Shown here piece by piece: positions 26,808-36,886 of a DNA stretch of 64,000 bases; within the stretch, counting starts at the first letter, position 1, and every line of letters begins with the position of its first letter. The stretch comes from a virus. The stretch spans positions 23,861 to 87,860 of the IMG/VR virus record IMGVR_UViG_3300044730_001993; one strand, 5' to 3'. A program made the position numbers and the translations under genes. The notes beneath the pieces were generated by a model that searched no databases, was not told the origin of the DNA, and was given only the letters and a program-made list of their open reading frames with translations.

Positions 26808-27997
26808 CGCGAGCCCGCCTTGCGCGCCGAGCGTCGCCCGTTCTTCTGCGACGGGCGGAAGGCGGGATCGGACCGCATGATTACTTTGCCGCTCGGTGTG
26901 GTGAACGGTCGGTAGGTCATACCGCCCGGACCTCCCATGTAAGGCCCGTGGTCGTCGATGCCGATCGTGGCCGTCGCCCTGCGACCGTCCCATAGAGTGG
27001 CCGTTACCATGACGGTCCCCGGCACGGAGTGATCGAACGACCATGCGGGGTCGGCGGCGAGATCGAACTCCACGGAGAGGATGCCGCGAGCGGTATCCTC
27101 AAGACGCCGCGCTTCATCCGCGCCGATGGCCTTGGTTGCCTTCATTGATCGTCGCCCGTTCTTCTGCGCTTCGCGATCGAGGAACGTGAGACTCACCACG
27201 CTGCCCTGCCGCCAGTAGTCGAGGAACCTGTACTGGTGCGCGTGGTAGAATGCCATCTCCACGTCGCGCTCGCTCATGCCGAACATCCCCCACACGGGAG
27301 ACTCCAGCGTGCGCAGCCCATTGCCGGTCGCGTTGTGAATGTCGCGGGCGATGTACGTGAACGTTTCGTCGTCGATGTGAAGTCCGCGGCGCCGCCCTTC
27401 GGCGTTGACGTTTCTGTCGCCCGACACCTTGTACGGTTCGTCGAGCACGCTCCACGCCACGAGGGCATCGAACAGGCGCAGCGACACGGAGTCGCGCTCC
27501 TTCTGGTCCCACCGCACGCCGCCCGTAAACTCGGCCTTGTCGCGGAGGCGCGGGTGCCCGTCGTCGTCGTAGACCGTCGCCACGTCGAACTGGTACGGCT
27601 TGCGCCTGAAGTTGCAGGTTCCGCCCTCGCGGTCGCACTCGTCGCGCACCATCTTCACTGCCTCGCGCAGCGTCCGACTGGCCTTGAGCGCATCGTAGAA
27701 CTCGCGTGCGTGCTTGTAGCGGTCGCGCGACTTCGGCACGGGCACGGTGCGCGAGAAGAGTTCCGACGCATCGCCCCTCGTACGCTTCACGCCGTCCACT
27801 GCGATCACGCGCTTCGACTCGATACGGTGGGGGAACTGCCTATCCTCGGAGTGCACGGTGACGTCGCCGCCGTCGTGCTCCTGAATCGAGTCAACGTAGA
27901 TCGTGCGAACGAGCGGCTCGAAGTCCGCGCGGTACGTGACGGAGTGCTTGCGGTCGGGGTTGCCGGTTGCGCGGCGGCGGACTCTCGTGGCGGGCAT
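26804..27997 (-). CDS. multi-module tagged hypothetical protein
   Basis: MPATRVRRRATGNP; internal AQKNGRR; C-term SQKNGRRSARK. Confidence 0.75.
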   Translation of the reverse strand: MPATRVRRRATGNPDRKHSVTYRADFEPLVRTIYVDSIQEHDGGDVTVHSEDRQFPHRIESKRVIAVDGVKRTRGDASELFSRTVPVPKSRDRYKHAREFYDALKASRTLREAVKMVRDECDREGGTCNFRRKPYQFDVATVYDDDGHPRLRDKAEFTGGVRWDQKERDSVSLRLFDALVAWSVLDEPYKVSGDRNVNAEGRRRGLHIDDETFTYIARDIHNATGNGLRTLESPVWGMFGMSERDVEMAFYHAHQYRFLDYWRQGSVVSLTFLDREAQKNGRRSMKATKAIGADEARRLEDTARGILSVEFDLAADPAWSFDHSVPGTVMVTATLWDGRRATATIGIDDHGPYMGGPGGMTYRPFTTPSGKVIMRSDPAFRPSQKNGRRSARKAGSR

Positions 27998-28319
27998 ACC
28001 GGCGACGCTACACGATCGCCCGAAGTTCCGCTACGGCGAACGTCGCCCGTTTATTCACTCCGCCGTTTCCCGCTAGACGCGCGACGCGGCGCGGCGTAGG
28101 ATCGCGGGACCATGCGTAAACTCGTTCTTCTCGCCGCACTCCTCAACGCTTGCGACGACGCCGTTGTCGCGCCCCGCGACGCCACGCTCGACTCGCCCGA
28201 GTCCGATGCGGTCACCGTGTTCGACGCCTCGCAGGAGCCGCTGAACGCTCCCGCCGACGTGCTCGACGCGGGCATCGACGCGCGCTGAACATCCACGCCG
28301 CCGCTCACGTACAACTCCC

Positions 28320-28661
28320 GTGAGCACCACCCCCGACCCCAGCGCCATCACCTACTACGCCCATCGTCGCGTTCGCGCCGACGGCCTCGTCTCGTATTTC
28401 CACGCGTCGCCGAGTCGGTGGTGGGTCGAGTTGCACGGCAGTACCGAGCCCGTCGTGACGATCCGACTCCGCGAACGTACCGCTGCGGACGCGCCGTCGT
28501 CCTACTTCGCGTGGCTCAGGTTCGATCGCCCCGAGCGATACGCGATGGTATGGCCGTCGGAGGGGCAACTCGAAATGTGTTTTCCGGGCGGCTCGCAAGC
28601 GGAGGCCGACCGCGGTCTCGGACGCAAGGTGAACTTGATCGTCGAGGAGGTGACGACGTGA
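28320..28661 (+). CDS. hypothetical protein (tandem paralogue 1)
   Basis: similar to 28658-28979 (RLRERT.AD.PS.YF.WL...VNL.VEEV). Confidence 0.7.
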   Translation: MSTTPDPSAITYYAHRRVRADGLVSYFHASPSRWWVELHGSTEPVVTIRLRERTAADAPSSYFAWLRFDRPERYAMVWPSEGQLEMCFPGGSQAEADRGLGRKVNLIVEEVTT

Positions 28662-28979
28662 GCGCCGACCCTAGTTCGCACGCCTACTACGCCCACCGCA
28701 TCGTGCGGCGAAGTGGCGTACTCGCACGCGACCCCGAAGCGCGAGCGGCTTCGCTTCTACGGCGGCAACGACCCGATCGTGGCCGTGAGGTTGCGCGAGC
28801 GTACCGACGCCGACCCGCCGTCAACGTACTTCGGGTGGCTCGCAACGGGAGGGAGCGCCTACGAAATGGTGTGGCGCTCACGCACGCACTTCGAGGCGTG
28901 TTTCCAGTACACTTCCGACGAGGCGGCGAGCAAGGGCCGCGGGCGTCGGGTCAACCTCGTCGTCGAGGAGGTTCCGTAA
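28658..28979 (+). pseudogene. frameshifted tandem paralogue 2
   Basis: N-term DPS..YYAHR in one frame, remaining homology in the +1 frame from about 28713. Confidence 0.55.
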
Positions 28980-29545
28980 TGCGCTGGCTCACCTCAGATT
29001 TGCACGTCGGACACACGAACATCATCACGTACTGCAAGCGTCCGTTCCCCGACGTAGCGGCGATGAACGAGGCGATCTTCTCGCGCTGGCGGGCGTCGGT
29101 CGCGCCCGACGACGAGGTTTGGGTTCTCGGCGACGTGGTGCTCGGGCACGACTGGCGCGAGTCGCTGCACGCCATCGCCGCGCTGCCAGGGCGCAAGGTG
29201 CTCGTGGCGGGCAACCACGATCGGTGCTGGCACGGGCACGGCGCGAAGCACGCACTGTACGTCTCCGACTACGCCGTCGCCTTCGACGTTCGGCAAGGCA
29301 CGCAGCGCCTCACGATCGACGGCATCGAGTGCGACGTGTCGCACTTCCCGTACGTGGACGAAGAGCGCGAGCGGCCCGACAAGTACGCGCAGTGGCGCCC
29401 GCGCGACGAAGGGCGACCGCTGTTGTGCGGCCACGTTCACGAGAAGTGGCGGCGGCGCGGGTGCGAGGTGAACGTGGGCGTGGACGTGTGGGACTTCGCC
29501 CCCGTCGCGGAGACCACGCTCGCGGCGATGCTGCGGGCGATTTAG
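28979..29545 (+). CDS. calcineurin-like metallophosphoesterase
   Basis: SDLH, GD, GNHD, SHFP, GHVH motifs; TAATG overlap. Confidence 0.9.
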   Translation: MRWLTSDLHVGHTNIITYCKRPFPDVAAMNEAIFSRWRASVAPDDEVWVLGDVVLGHDWRESLHAIAALPGRKVLVAGNHDRCWHGHGAKHALYVSDYAVAFDVRQGTQRLTIDGIECDVSHFPYVDEERERPDKYAQWRPRDEGRPLLCGHVHEKWRRRGCEVNVGVDVWDFAPVAETTLAAMLRAI

Positions 29546-30192
29546 GACGCGCTCTTGCGCTGCTCGTACGATGCGAGCGCATCGTCTGCCGTGGGCTGCA
29601 ATTTGTCGAGGTTGATCGCCATGTAGTCGCTGTTCTTGCCGAGGCGCTTGAATCCGATGCGACTCCAGTGCTCGCGCAGTTTTCGGAACGCCGCCGTCCG
29701 CTCGGGCGAGAGAGTCGGCGCGTCGGTCGATGCGAACTGCAAGGGGAACGCCTTGCCGATCGCGTAACCGCACCCCGCCCCGAACGTCTTCACGAACCGC
29801 ATCGCCGCCATAAGCCCGACGCCGATGCCGCGGTGCGCTTCATCGACCTTCACGAGTTCGACGATGAGCGTGTCGATGCCGTTCGATGCGTCTTCGATAA
29901 GATCCTCCACCTCGTCGCGAGCGAAGCCCGTCGCGGGGTCGGCGATCGCGTTCATGTACGACACGAGTTAGCCGTCGATCGCGTCGCAGGCGTCCATCGC
30001 TTCGTGGTAGGCGCCGCACGCCAGAACACGCCACCCGCGAACCTCGCCGACGATTTTCTCGCGGTCGTCGTCGCCGACGAAAACGATCTTGCCGTCGATG
30101 CGCTGCAAGACGTGCTCGAACTCGTCTTCGACGTTTGCGAGACTGCTCTCGATGCCGAAGCGAACCCTGTACTGGTCGATGTAGTGGCTCAT
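29542..30192 (-). pseudogene. GNAT-like acetyltransferase split by an in-frame TAA (29968-29970)
   Basis: two same-frame ORFs separated by one stop codon; VKVDEAHRGIGVG acetyl-CoA motif. Confidence 0.55.
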
Positions 30193-30223
30193 GCCACGTT
30201 GACGCCGCGATGGTGGCGACTAT

Positions 30224-31273
30224 TCACCGAACGCCGCAGTCCATCGCAGCGCGAACGTACGCGGCGTGACTGTATCGGTTCTCGGCGTCGGCGAAACTCT
30301 TGGCCGCTCGGTAGACGCGCGTGACGCAGTTCGGGTTCAGAATCACCGTCTCCGACGCCATCGGCTGAAACACGTCGTAGCCCGATGCCTTCGCGTAGGC
30401 GTACGCCTCGCGCACGAACTCCAAGTGCGAGAACGAAGGATCGCCGGGAGTAATGCTCGCGATCCACGCAGCACGCATCGAACGACCGTTCGCCGCCGCG
30501 AGTGCGTGCATACGGTCGACCATCCGATCGAACCACGCAGGCTTCGACGACGGCGCAAAACCGAACCTATCGGTGACGTTTGCCGACCACTCCAGAATCG
30601 ACGCGTCAAGGCGCACTTCTACCGCGAGCACGTTCTTGCCGTACGAGGAATACGGTGTGGTCGTGGTGTAGAAGCCCTCGCCGAAGAAACCCTTGTCGGT
30701 GCGACTGCCATACATCGCAGGGTCGGGCTTCTGCTCCGCGAGCAAACGCTTCACGTTCGCCGCGGTCGAACCGTGGAAGTATCGCCGCGTGCGAAGGTCG
30801 AACTCGCGCACGGTGAGGCGCCACGGAGGCACGTCGCCCACCCCGTACCACGGGGCAACTCGATCCATGCAGTCGGCGCTCACGGTGGAACGCCCGTTCT
30901 TCTGCGCCCGTCGCCCCGCGCGCTTGCTCTCGAACGTCGCGATCACGTCACGGAGCCACGGCGCCACCGGGTCTTGCCACCCGCTCTTGCGGTAGGGGAT
31001 CGACGGCGTGCCACCCCACAAGAGCCAAGAAACCGCCGCAGGCGACTTCGGGTCGCGCATACGCTTCGCCGACTCGGCCTTCGCGACGCCGTGGCGCGCG
31101 AACCACCCGCGCATCTTCTTCGCCTTCGCGTAGTCGATCGGTTCGCCGTCGGCGAGACGTTCGGCCCACCGCACCGTCTCACCGCGCAGCCCCTTGCCCG
31201 CGTAGCCCTCGCGGACCAGCGCGAGCCCCTTGCGGAGCGCGGAGCGTACGGCGGCGGGCGCGGTGGTGCTCAT
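30224..31273 (-). CDS. phage domain (WFARH/WLLWGG) joined by a tag to an ADP-ribosyltransferase-like domain
   Basis: YFHGS...FFGEGFYTT...ETVILNP (H-Y-E type); linker KRAGRRAQKNGR. Confidence 0.65.
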   Translation of the reverse strand: MSTTAPAAVRSALRKGLALVREGYAGKGLRGETVRWAERLADGEPIDYAKAKKMRGWFARHGVAKAESAKRMRDPKSPAAVSWLLWGGTPSIPYRKSGWQDPVAPWLRDVIATFESKRAGRRAQKNGRSTVSADCMDRVAPWYGVGDVPPWRLTVREFDLRTRRYFHGSTAANVKRLLAEQKPDPAMYGSRTDKGFFGEGFYTTTTPYSSYGKNVLAVEVRLDASILEWSANVTDRFGFAPSSKPAWFDRMVDRMHALAAANGRSMRAAWIASITPGDPSFSHLEFVREAYAYAKASGYDVFQPMASETVILNPNCVTRVYRAAKSFADAENRYSHAAYVRAAMDCGVR

Positions 31274-31833
31274 CAGCCGACCAGATCGCCCCACGCTCGG
31301 ATGACGAACTTCTTCTTGGCGACATCGTAGATCACCGTGGCGATGTACGGATCGCCCATGTTCACGCAGAGGAACCGCGTGTCGCCGAAGTAGCGATCGA
31401 CCCACAGGCCGTCGTCGCGACGGATCGCCTCGACGCCGTGAGCGTCGAGCACGCGGTCTACGCGCGCGAGTACGTTGCCGACGAAACTGCCGCCGTACAT
31501 CGCGGCCTCGTTCATCGCGTCACGCAGCGACTCCGCGTCGGCCTTCGTGAACGTTCGCCCGTCGTGCCTCGCGTGCGGCGAAACCAGCGCGTAGATTGCA
31601 GCCGACGACGGGGCACGAGACACCTTGCGGGCGCTCGCGATCTTCTTGACGCGGGGCTTGCCGGTCTTGCCTCCGCAGATCGCGCACTCCTTGCCGCGGG
31701 GCCAGTGATAGAGTTCGTGACTCATGCGGACGCCGCGCCATCGGCTATCGGCGCTCTTGCCCGCCTCCCAGAAGCACGCCTCGTGAACGAACCCGCCGCC
31801 AGTGGAGTACCCGATCGTTTTCGCGCTGCTCAT
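31273..31833 (-). CDS. hypothetical protein
   Basis: TGATG overlap; zinc-ribbon N-terminus and VNMGDPY..T.IYD C-terminal domain. Confidence 0.65.
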   Translation of the reverse strand: MSSAKTIGYSTGGGFVHEACFWEAGKSADSRWRGVRMSHELYHWPRGKECAICGGKTGKPRVKKIASARKVSRAPSSAAIYALVSPHARHDGRTFTKADAESLRDAMNEAAMYGGSFVGNVLARVDRVLDAHGVEAIRRDDGLWVDRYFGDTRFLCVNMGDPYIATVIYDVAKKKFVIRAWGDLVG

Positions 31834-31886
31834 CGTGGCGACGATGCTACGCACAAGTGGTGCGCGCGAGCAAGCGATTACGCGGC

Positions 31887-32462
31887 CTACCAGTTCTTGA
31901 CGATCCTCACGAGTCGCGCGTCGTTGTGCGGCTTGAGCACAACTTCGTGCTCGTGTCCGAAGCCGCGAGAGGCCAGCGGCGTATCGTCCTGCGCGTGGTG
32001 CGCGAGAACGTCGCTCGCCGCCACGTCGTACACGGCGACGAACTTCGCAGCGCCGGTCACGTCGTCGGTGGTGACGGAGAGGCCCGACGTTTCGTCCGCG
32101 GACTCGCCCTTGAGTCGCCGGTACATCCGCGCATGGTCGCCGCCGTGATGCGAGACGAACGCCCGCTCGACCCCGGCGTCCCACGCGCTTCGCTGCGCTT
32201 GCGGCAACGACTCGTAGTCGCTCAGAAGCGCGTTCTTCGCGTCGCGTGTGCCATAGAACACCCACTCGTTTAGGGACGGGTACAGGGTGTCTAGCGCAGA
32301 AGCGTAGGCCCGCTCGCGGAACCCGTTTCGCTGCGAGCGCCTCACGCTACCGGGCCGTGCGATCGCCGAGCACCCGCACACGACGCCGCGCCCGCGGTCG
32401 TCCGTGATCGAGCACGCACGCCCGCAACCGGCGCAGCGAACGCGACGCTTGCGCGCGGTCAT
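31887..32462 (-). CDS. R-S-E type ADP-ribosyltransferase-like protein
   Basis: MYRR...LSVTTD...AAKF...HEHEVVL; tag RRSQRNG. Confidence 0.55.
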   Translation of the reverse strand: MTARKRRVRCAGCGRACSITDDRGRGVVCGCSAIARPGSVRRSQRNGFRERAYASALDTLYPSLNEWVFYGTRDAKNALLSDYESLPQAQRSAWDAGVERAFVSHHGGDHARMYRRLKGESADETSGLSVTTDDVTGAAKFVAVYDVAASDVLAHHAQDDTPLASRGFGHEHEVVLKPHNDARLVRIVKNW

Positions 32463-33055
32463 CGGCGATGTTTGCCCATCCGACGCGAGCCGTTACGCTC
32501 TGCACGGCGACGCTCCGCCTCATCGATGTCCGGGGTTTCGTTGAACGTAAGAAAACGACCCTCGCCGACGCGCTTGTGCATCCGCGCGAGACGTTCGTCG
32601 CCCTGCCAGCCGGGGATCGCCTCGATGCGCCCCGCCATCTTGGCGCGGTAGTTATCGCGATCGAGGTGACTCTCCATCGCCTCTACCACCGATGTTTTCA
32701 GCGCCTTTGATGCCTCGCGAGACCGCGCGCGAAGCCATGCAAGCCGAGCCGAAATAGGCGGCACCGCGCCACTGTTCCGCAGACCCGTGAACCACACGTT
32801 GTAGTCGACCTTGTCTCGCATCGTCATCGCATCCATCGCGTCGGCGAGACGGTCGTCCACGAACTCGCTTGCAGCGAACAACGACGTAACGTCGGGCACC
32901 CTCAGTTTCTCGTAGTGAAACTCGGTGATCTTGGCCGACGATTCGCCGTGAATGGCACGGAACTCGTAGCTGTAGTGCCGTTCGCCGCGAATCTTCTTTG
33001 TCTCGAAGCGAACGATCTCTTTGGCCGTCGCGCTGGTCTTCCACTCGTCTGCCAT
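32459..33055 (-). CDS. C-terminally tagged hypothetical protein
   Basis: ends RRRAERNGSRRMGKHRR; shares the RIEAIPGW module with the next gene. Confidence 0.7.
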   Translation of the reverse strand: MADEWKTSATAKEIVRFETKKIRGERHYSYEFRAIHGESSAKITEFHYEKLRVPDVTSLFAASEFVDDRLADAMDAMTMRDKVDYNVWFTGLRNSGAVPPISARLAWLRARSREASKALKTSVVEAMESHLDRDNYRAKMAGRIEAIPGWQGDERLARMHKRVGEGRFLTFNETPDIDEAERRRAERNGSRRMGKHRR

Positions 33056-33098
33056 TCGTCGATCCTATCGTCGGTGCGCGGTCACGCGCAAGTTGAGC

Positions 33099-34094
33099 CT
33101 ACCGCCGACTCCGCGGCGCCTTGCGGGGCTTCGCCGCCGAACGTCGCGCGGCACGCCGACCGTTCGTCGCAGCGCGGCGGCGCAGCGGCCCGAGCGCGGC
33201 TTCGACCTCCGCGTCCGTCGGGTAGTAGAACGGGACGCCGAAATCCTTCATCATCGCGCGCACCATGCGGAGTTGCGCCTCCGACGTGGCAACGCCGTCC
33301 GCGATCTGCGTTGCGAGCGTGCGGGCGAACTCAGCCGCGTCCGCGTTGCCCACGCGCTTCGCGATGGCGTACGCCTCGCGCAGTGCCACCGGGCGCCCAT
33401 CCCGCGGGTCGTAGGCGTCGGGGGCGACCGCACGCACGGGACCGGGCGCGGAGGGCGCTGCGGGGGCCGTGGGGCGCTGCGGCGGGGGTACGGACGGGGG
33501 CCGAGCGGCGGGGGCCGACGCACCGATGCCAGCGCGACGTTCCATCTGCTCGATATGCTGGTGCTCGCCTTCGGTGAGAACCTTCCTCTCGTCGGCGCGA
33601 TTGTGCATCCGCGCGAGACGTTCGTCGCTCCGCCAGCCGGGGATCGCCTCGATGCGAGCCATCGTATCGAGGCGGTATCGGCCACGATCGGGGACGCTTG
33701 CGTTGCGCTCGTAGAAGTCGGGCATCTTCGCGTACTCGGCGCGCATCGAATTGACGCCCTCGCGCCAGTTCTCACGCCAGTTCTTCGTGCGGTTGAAGCC
33801 CTTCTGCCCCTGCGCCCTCTTGTTCACCGTCTCCCCCGACACGGTGCTGATAAGCGAGAGTTGCATCGACCCTTCGCCCTTGCCGACGCCCTTGTCGCCG
33901 CTGCCGATCGTGGACGACACCTTGATCGCGACCTTGGGGCCGAGAGGGAGTCGGTAGATGCCCACATGGTTCGGGTCGCGCACCCACGGGGTGCCGAGCG
34001 TTTCGAGCCACGCTTCGAGGTCGGCGCGGGAGATTTCGACGTAGGTCGACGCGTTCGGGAACGAGCGGCGGGCAGTTCTCTTCGGGGTTCTCAC
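33099..34094 (-). CDS. tagged hypothetical protein
   Basis: basic N-terminus; C-term AATNGRRAARRSAAKPRK. Confidence 0.75.
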   Translation of the reverse strand: MRTPKRTARRSFPNASTYVEISRADLEAWLETLGTPWVRDPNHVGIYRLPLGPKVAIKVSSTIGSGDKGVGKGEGSMQLSLISTVSGETVNKRAQGQKGFNRTKNWRENWREGVNSMRAEYAKMPDFYERNASVPDRGRYRLDTMARIEAIPGWRSDERLARMHNRADERKVLTEGEHQHIEQMERRAGIGASAPAARPPSVPPPQRPTAPAAPSAPGPVRAVAPDAYDPRDGRPVALREAYAIAKRVGNADAAEFARTLATQIADGVATSEAQLRMVRAMMKDFGVPFYYPTDAEVEAALGPLRRRAATNGRRAARRSAAKPRKAPRSRR

Positions 34095-36442
34095 TTCGAT
34101 TGCTCCGTGCGCAGTTCGCGCGCGTTTCCGACGATCTCACGAAGCCCCGAAACGTAGTAGAGCTCACCGGGCTTCGCGGGGATTCCTCGCGCGGGGTCGC
34201 CTCGCAGGTTGAGCGGTCGCGTGACCGAGACGTACCAGAGGTTGAGTTCCTCTTGAACGTCCTTCGGGTTCTTCGGGCGGCGCTTCTGCCACCCGTCGAT
34301 GCCGTACTTGAACGTTTCATTGAGGATGAACACGCGGTTCGCCTCGCCGCCCTTGATGCGGTGAACCGACGTGAGCACGAGTCGCCCCGCAAGGTGCGCC
34401 TTGTACTCCTGCGGCGACATCGCCTTCACGTCGCCCTCGGTCGGCGCGATTTCCTTCAGGCGACGTTCTACTTCGGACGGGGTGTCGATGCCGGGGAGTT
34501 GCGTGAGGCCCGTGCGGTCGGGGTTCCAGAACGCGTTGTAGATGAGGTCGACCATCACGACTTCGTGATCTTCGTCGATCATCTGCGAAATGTTGCGGAA
34601 CTCCTTCCCGCTTCGACGTTGCAGTTCCGTAAGGCGCTCCCTTACCTCCGCGGATCGCGTGGCGCGCTCACGTTCGTGCCAGTTCTGGAGCGCCTCGATG
34701 AACACGCCCATATCGTCCGAGTCGCGCGTGCGCGCTCGGATCTTGTACATGATCTCCTTGAGTTCCTTCGCGATCGAACTGCCCTCTCCGAGAATCCACG
34801 GGGTGATGCCCTGCGAAATCGCGATGAGCGCCATCGGCACGAGCGCCATGTTCACGCGAGTGATTACGATATCGCCGCGGCCCCACATCTGAACCATTTG
34901 GCGCGAGTCGATGCGAGCGCACGTTCCTTCGGGGGTGCCTTCGGGCACCTCGAACTGCGGCACCAGTTTTCGCGCTTCGGCTGCGGAACACGCGGGCACG
35001 CGATACGATACGGAGAGCGGCAGAACCGTCGCATTCAACTGCTTGATGAGGCGCTTGATGGCGTCCGAGTCTGCTCCGCGGAATCGATACACCGCCTGCT
35101 TGGAGTCGCCCACGACGACAACGCGTCCACCGGGCGCGAGACTGCGGAACACGAGCGCGAGTTGCGCCTTGTCCATGTCCTGCGTTTCATCGACGAAGAT
35201 CACGTCGTACCGACGTTCGGGTTCCATGTCAGGCGTCGCCGCGACCACGAACGTCATGTCGCGGAACGAAATGAACGGAAGTCTACCGTTCTCGGTGATC
35301 TCGTCGTACGCCGCGAGGTCTTGCGGCCTCGCGATGCTGCGAGCGTATTTGGCATTGGCGGGCGGCTCTGTGAGTCGCGCGCGCTGCGCAGCATGAACCC
35401 ACCGCAGCACGTTCGCGTGCGTGAACCGCTGCGGCTTCGCCTGCGTGCCGCCGATGTACTCCCACTCTCGCGGGTCGCCCGACTCGGGGAGAAGAAGGTC
35501 GTGGTCGACTTGCACGGCGCGGATTTCGTCGTCACTGAGGGCGACGTAGCACTCGCAGAGCGAGCACAACTTCTCGATGCCTTCGAGAACGTCACGGAGC
35601 TTGTCGCCGCCGATTTGTTCGGGCACCGCAGCCCTCATCACCGCCTTGTCGCGAAGGTAGTCGAGGATGCCGGAGCTCTTGTGCTTCTTGCCCGCGGCGT
35701 AGCGAGCGTGCCAGTATCGCCGCAGGATCGAGTAACCGTGCGCCGAGAGCGTCGCGACCGTAACGTTCGTGAGGTTCGCGGGAATGCGAGCGTCGAGTTC
35801 CTTCTGAATGCTCGTGTTGAAGGCCACCACGAGAACGGAGAGGGAAGGGTCGATGTGCTTGAGAGCTTCGATCAAAACCGTAGTTTTTCCCGCCCCTGCG
35901 ACTGCCTCGATCACGAGGTGTCCGACGCCGTTGCGGATCTCATCGAAGATCGCCGTCTGGTAGTGCGACCACTTGCGTTCGGCTGTTGCGACGGCCTTGC
36001 TGCGCGAGTCTTCGGGGCGCGCTTCGAGCACCGCGCCTACGGGCGTTGAAGCCTCCTTGACGATCGCATCCTTCGGAGCGTCGGGCACGATTGCCAGTTC
36101 CCGACTCGACGGTGCTTCGTTCACGGGAATCGCGGGCTCGACCACCGTCACTTGTCGCGCGACGGGAACCGTGGGGATCGCGGCGCGCTCGGCTGCGTCC
36201 TTCGCCTTGTCCGCTTGCGAGAACACTCCGATGCTGGAACCGTTCAGGAGCGCCACGAAGCCCGCGGGACGAACGAGCGGCTCGCCAGCGATCATCGTAA
36301 CTGCGACCACGTTGTCGCCGATCGTCGTGCTCCACGACGTCGGGAACCCGAAGTTGCGCGTCCACACCGTCGGGGTGCTCCCGTTGCGGTGCGACTTGCG
36401 CGAGCGGACGATGCGGGGCGAACGGCGGGCGGAGCGACGCAT
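34091..36442 (-). CDS. UvrD/Rep-like SF1 helicase with N-terminal tag
   Basis: AVAGAGKTT, VDETQD, VGDSKQAVYRFRGA, SYRVP, SVHRIKGGE, NLWYVSVTR. Confidence 0.9.
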   Translation of the reverse strand: MRRSARRSPRIVRSRKSHRNGSTPTVWTRNFGFPTSWSTTIGDNVVAVTMIAGEPLVRPAGFVALLNGSSIGVFSQADKAKDAAERAAIPTVPVARQVTVVEPAIPVNEAPSSRELAIVPDAPKDAIVKEASTPVGAVLEARPEDSRSKAVATAERKWSHYQTAIFDEIRNGVGHLVIEAVAGAGKTTVLIEALKHIDPSLSVLVVAFNTSIQKELDARIPANLTNVTVATLSAHGYSILRRYWHARYAAGKKHKSSGILDYLRDKAVMRAAVPEQIGGDKLRDVLEGIEKLCSLCECYVALSDDEIRAVQVDHDLLLPESGDPREWEYIGGTQAKPQRFTHANVLRWVHAAQRARLTEPPANAKYARSIARPQDLAAYDEITENGRLPFISFRDMTFVVAATPDMEPERRYDVIFVDETQDMDKAQLALVFRSLAPGGRVVVVGDSKQAVYRFRGADSDAIKRLIKQLNATVLPLSVSYRVPACSAAEARKLVPQFEVPEGTPEGTCARIDSRQMVQMWGRGDIVITRVNMALVPMALIAISQGITPWILGEGSSIAKELKEIMYKIRARTRDSDDMGVFIEALQNWHERERATRSAEVRERLTELQRRSGKEFRNISQMIDEDHEVVMVDLIYNAFWNPDRTGLTQLPGIDTPSEVERRLKEIAPTEGDVKAMSPQEYKAHLAGRLVLTSVHRIKGGEANRVFILNETFKYGIDGWQKRRPKNPKDVQEELNLWYVSVTRPLNLRGDPARGIPAKPGELYYVSGLREIVGNARELRTEQSK

Positions 36443-36475
36443 GGCGGGACACTACCGCGGAATCGTGCCGAACGT

Positions 36476-36886
36476 CTACCCCGTTCTCAGACCGAAGCCG
36501 TCGGCGGCGAGACGCCACACCATCGCCACCCACGCCTCCGCTACGGGCAAGCGGTCGCGCATCGCCGCTCGAAGGTCGCTCAGGCTCACTACGTCGCCCT
36601 CCCACGCGAACATCGGGCGTGTCGGTGGCGAGCGGACTGCTATGCAGTCGAGGTACTCCGCGAGAGCGACGTACAGGTCCGCATCGATCGCAGGCATCAC
36701 GCCGATCGTTGGCGTCCGATGCGGAGGAATTTCGCCGCTATCGCCACGCGATGCGCAGACCGAGGTGTGGATAACATACGCCTTGATCCACACGTCACCA
36801 GCGGCTCTCACGTACGGGTTGTTGAACCCCGCGGCGACCGCAGCGTCGATCAGTCGGTTGGCGACGGCGTCGAGTCGATTGCTCAC
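36476..36886 (-). CDS. hypothetical protein
   Basis: GTGA overlap. Confidence 0.55.
   Translation of the reverse strand: MSNRLDAVANRLIDAAVAAGFNNPYVRAAGDVWIKAYVIHTSVCASRGDSGEIPPHRTPTIGVMPAIDADLYVALAEYLDCIAVRSPPTRPMFAWEGDVVSLSDLRAAMRDRLPVAEAWVAMVWRLAADGFGLRTG

Noticed and set aside
26820-27170. KNG tag being merely the DNA motif AAGAAC
   Set aside because: These copies lack CGTA at +14, and other tags use different codons
1191-29970. Genome-wide stop-codon reassignment
   Set aside because: Only one TAG and one TAA interruption were found, and many genes with recognisable ends terminate at TAG, TAA or TGA
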